Part shown: in pieces, positions 51,827 through 52,087 of the stretch
Layout of the letters: each line of letters starts with the position of its first letter
Numbering within the stretch: position 1 is the first letter of the stretch
NCBI GenBank assembly: GCA_032718475.1
Contig: JAUCBJ010009056.1
Span: forward strand, 1-52,087
Source of the DNA: Nemertoderma westbladi
Taxonomy: Eukaryota > Animalia > Xenacoelomorpha
Direction of reading: 5' to 3'
Length of the DNA stretch: 52,087 bases
Made by a program: the position numbers and the translations under genes
Notes under the pieces: generated by a model
What the model saw: only the letters and a program-made list of their open reading frames with translations
Databases searched by the model: none
Told to the model about the DNA's origin: nothing

Positions 51827-52087
51827 CGTTACTTAACCGAGAGCACAGTAACTTATACATCGAAGTCATAGAAACTACAAGTAACTGAAAAGAAAGCACA
51901 ATTGGGTGTAACTCTGAAACTTATTAGGAGTGCATCGAACCAAATAATTCAGAATCAGCTAAAATGCAAAGTTAATAAACTTGCCTAATAATCAACGATC
52001 CATCCTCAACAAAGAATAAATTTCTCAAGCGCGGCCTCGATATTAAGCCGACTTTTGACCATAAAGCTGACTTTTAGGCACACCCAA

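Overview
AT-rich animal genomic DNA with one 100-N assembly gap (36196-36295). Most of the window is one multi-exon minus-strand gene for a polycystin-1 family (PKD1L2/PKD1L3/PKDREJ-like) protein. I assembled 19 GT-AG exons with consistent phases, running from the GAIN region through the GPS motif, TM1, PLAT and further TMs to the start of the polycystin/TOP domain. Both gene ends lie outside what I could assemble. The introns hold RTE-like and CRE-like retrotransposon fragments, tRNA-derived SINEs and a 699-aa orphan ORF; an intronless class A GPCR lies upstream on the same strand, probably nested. The main finding is that four tandem arrays are amplified copies of an exon's 3' end plus its 5' splice site (33 bp x ~466, 41 bp x ~117, 43/42 bp x ~10, 32 bp x 2). 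Two more arrays start within ~25 nt of a donor. The 15.4-kb 33-bp array is in frame and stop-free (SNEWMSKGCVV), so it offers about 66 in-frame alternative donors inside the GPS autoproteolysis motif. The other giant ORFs over these arrays are repeat artefacts.
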